The notes beneath the pieces were generated by a model that was given only the letters and a program-made list of their open reading frames with translations, ran no database searches and was not told the DNA's origin. A stretch of DNA of 64,000 nt. It comes from Octopus sinensis. Its lineage: Eukaryota. The translations under genes and the position numbers were made by a program. Shown piece after piece: positions 61,156 through 64,000 of this stretch (positions within the stretch are counted from its first letter, which is position 1; every line of letters begins with the position of its first letter). The stretch lies in NCBI RefSeq assembly GCF_006345805.1, contig NC_043014.1, positions 16,430,001-16,494,000 on the forward strand, written 5' to 3'.

Positions 61156-61720
61156 TGTGTGTGAGATTATATACACACACACACACACACACATCATCTT
61201 GTCAGTTTTCCATGCTGGCATGAGTTGAATGGTTTGACAGGATCCAGCAAGACTGTACTGAGTCCCCCTCCCATTGTGGCCTGGTTTCTACGCTTGGAAG
61301 CCCTTCCTAATGACAACCACCTCACACAGTGACACTGGGTGCTCATTTTTTTTCTCGCACTAGTGAGATGACCCGAATAAGCTGCAAGATGTGGAAGATA
61401 AAGAAGGGTGGAAGGGTGCCTTTGCACCCTGTGCTGGAAGCCTAAAGGGTGTTAGGGAGGCTGCCCCCAAGGCAGTGAGCTGGCAGAAACGTTAGCAAGC
61501 CGGGCGAAATGCGTAGCCGTATTTCGTCTGCCATTACGTTCTGAGTTCAAATTCTGCCAAGGTTGACCTTGCCTTTTATCCATTCGGGGTCGATAAATTA
61601 AGTACCAGTTACGCACTGGCGTCGATATAATCGACTTGATCCATTTGTCTGTCCTTGTTTGTCCCTTCTGTGTTTAGCCCCTTGTGGGTAGTAAAGAAAT
61701 AGGTATATACATACATACAG

Positions 61721-61757
<37 letters not shown>

Positions 61758-61982
61758 GCTCACAAGGCTTTGGTCAGCCTGAGGCTATAGTAGAAGGTGC
61801 TTGCCCAAGGTACCATTCAGAGGGACTAAACCCAGAACCATGTGGTTGGGAAGCAAGCTTCTGACCACACAGCCCCCTTTATGGCACCTTTGGCAAATGT
61901 CTTCTAGTATAGCCTCAGGCCCACCAAGTCCTTGTGAGTGGGTACAGTAGATGGAAACTGAGAGAAGCTCACTGTTTCTATA

Positions 61983-62015
<33 letters not shown>

Positions 62016-63019
62016 GGAGAGAGAGAGAAAAAGTCATCAGAATTTCGTGAAAAAAATGTTTCTATTTCTTCATTATTATGACTGGTTTCAAAGTCACTGT
62101 TCTTCATCAGTCTGGAATATATATGTATGTATACACATACATATATATGTGTGTGCATGTATGTATGTGTGTATAAACACACAGGCTTTTGTGTTGGAAC
62201 AAGAATTAAGTTCTCAAAGACTGTTGGATTAAAATTCATGCAAAATGCATCACATACATTTGTGTATATATATGTATATACATATACTTATGTGTGTGTG
62301 TGTATGTACTTGTTTGTGTGTGTATGTACTTGTTTGTTTGTGTATAAATATATATATGTCTATGCACATATGTATATATATATATATATAGGAGTATACA
62401 TAAATATGTAATAATTCGTGTGTGTGTGTATATATATATGTTGTATGCATATAGTTGTTTAGATTCTGTGTAGGTTATGTTATAATGTTGATTACGGAAA
62501 ATTGGGCGTTATATATTTGCTATTGGAGAAAGCAACATCTAATTTGAAAATAATGAAAGAATTGTCGATACATACACATGTACATATTACATTCATATTA
62601 ATGCTTACATGTGTATAAATGTATGTATATATCATAATTTAATGTCCTTTCCATGTTGGCATTGGTTGGACTGTTTGGCAAGAACAGAGAAGCTGGAGGG
62701 CTGTTTTGGCATGGTGTCTACAGCTGGGTGCCCTTCCAAACATCCTTCCATCCTGAATAGAATGTACTGGGCACTTTCTGCTTGGCCACAGCACTGGTGT
62801 ATTCAGTTCCTTACCCAGAAGATAAGGCCCTTCAACAATGCAATGTTAAGGACTGGCAGAAGACACAATGAAAGATGGGGATGAGGAGCTGCTGTTCTAG
62901 AATTTTTAGCTTCAAGGAATATGTTCTGCTAGTGGTTACCATCTTTCCTTTTAATTCACTTTCAGACACCAGCTAACCACCACGGGCCTTTTGTGGCACT
63001 TGATCATTCTTAATGATAA

Positions 63020-63665
63020 GCGCAGGGGTGGCTCTGTGCTATGAAGCATTCTCACCCACATGGTTCCAGGTTCAGTCCCACTGCATGGCATCTTGGGCAA
63101 ATGTCTCCTACTATAAGCCTCAGACTGACAGGTGGCAAGCTGGCAGAAACGTTAGCGCACCAGGCGAAATGCTTCATCTGTCTTTACGTTCTGAGTTCAA
63201 ATTCCGCCAAGGTCGACTTTGCCTTTCATCCTTTCGGGGTCGATTAAATAAGTACCAGTTTCACACTGGGGTTAATATAATTGACTTAATCGCTTTGTCT
63301 GTCCTTGTTTGTCCCCTCTGTGTTTAGCCCCTTGTGAGCAGTAAAGAAATATATAAGCCTCAGGCTGACCAAAGCCTTGTGAATGGATTTGGTAGACAGA
63401 AACTGAAAGAATCCCATCATATATATGTGTATTTATTTATTTATGTGTGTCTTTTTGTCTGTGTTTGTCCCTCACCATCACTTTGACAACCAGTGTTGGT
63501 GTGTTTACATCCCTATAACTTATCGGTTTGGCAAAAGAGATTGATGGAATAAGTGCCAAGTTTGCAGAGTACAAGTCCTGGGGTTGATTTAATTCAAATA
63601 AAGATTCTTTGAGGTGGTGCTCCAGCATGGCTGCAGTCAAATGACTGAAACAAGTAAAAGAATAC
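63020..63665 (+). mobile_element. SINE A with a SINE B (63130-63351) nested inside
   Basis: An 18-bp TSD tataagcctcag(a/g)ctgac at 63112-63129 and 63352-63369. Confidence 0.9.
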
Positions 63666-64000
63666 ATCATTGTCATCATCCAACATTCCTTTTCCCTTGC
63701 CGGCATGGGTTGGACGGTTTGACAAGATCATGTGACTCAGAGGGCTCTGCCAGGTTCTATGTCTACCTTGGCAAGGTCTCTGCAACTTGTTACCATTCCT
63801 ATCACTGGACACTCTTCTACATGGTGCACCTGCCCCAGTGAGGTCACCATGTACTGGCAAAATAAGACCAACCACTCTTGTTTTCATCATTGTTGAACGT
63901 CCCATGTTCCATGCTGGCATGGATGGGGCTAGGATTTCGCAGAATCAAATGGGTCCCAAGACAGCATTGTCCTCAAGGGTCTGCTTTTGGGATGCCCTTT

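Overview
AT-rich, repeat-dense animal genomic DNA. It is inferred to be cephalopod (octopus-like) from the two abundant tRNA-derived SINE families and the very long (TA)n/(TATG)n tracts; the species cannot be proven from the sequence. Genes: (i) a plus-strand dystroglycan (DAG1)-like exon, 1952-3904, with an intact ectodomain and transmembrane helix but a broken cytoplasmic tail (the canonical RSPPPYVPP end is stranded behind a frameshift and a TAA), a shrunken alpha mucin region and a new 4x18-aa mucin-like repeat in beta; (ii) phase-compatible exons of an unidentified large minus-strand gene (34987-34169, 7259-6533, 43-<1) that would contain the DAG1-like copy in an intron; (iii) a GT31 beta-1,3-galactosyltransferase pseudogene fragment. 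The rest is mobile DNA: CR1-group, RTE and R4/Dong-type LINEs, mariner and DD41D transposon relics, MITEs, a Helentron-like element and many SINEs. The most notable structures are a 1.7-2.3 kb inverted duplication bracketing one coding exon; minimal hammerhead-ribozyme motifs, including a recurrent CUGUNGA core variant and head-to-head ribozyme palindromes; an array of identically truncated R4/Dong endonuclease modules in (AAT)n(AAG)n; and many fold-back palindromes. All comparisons were made by eye; no searches were run.
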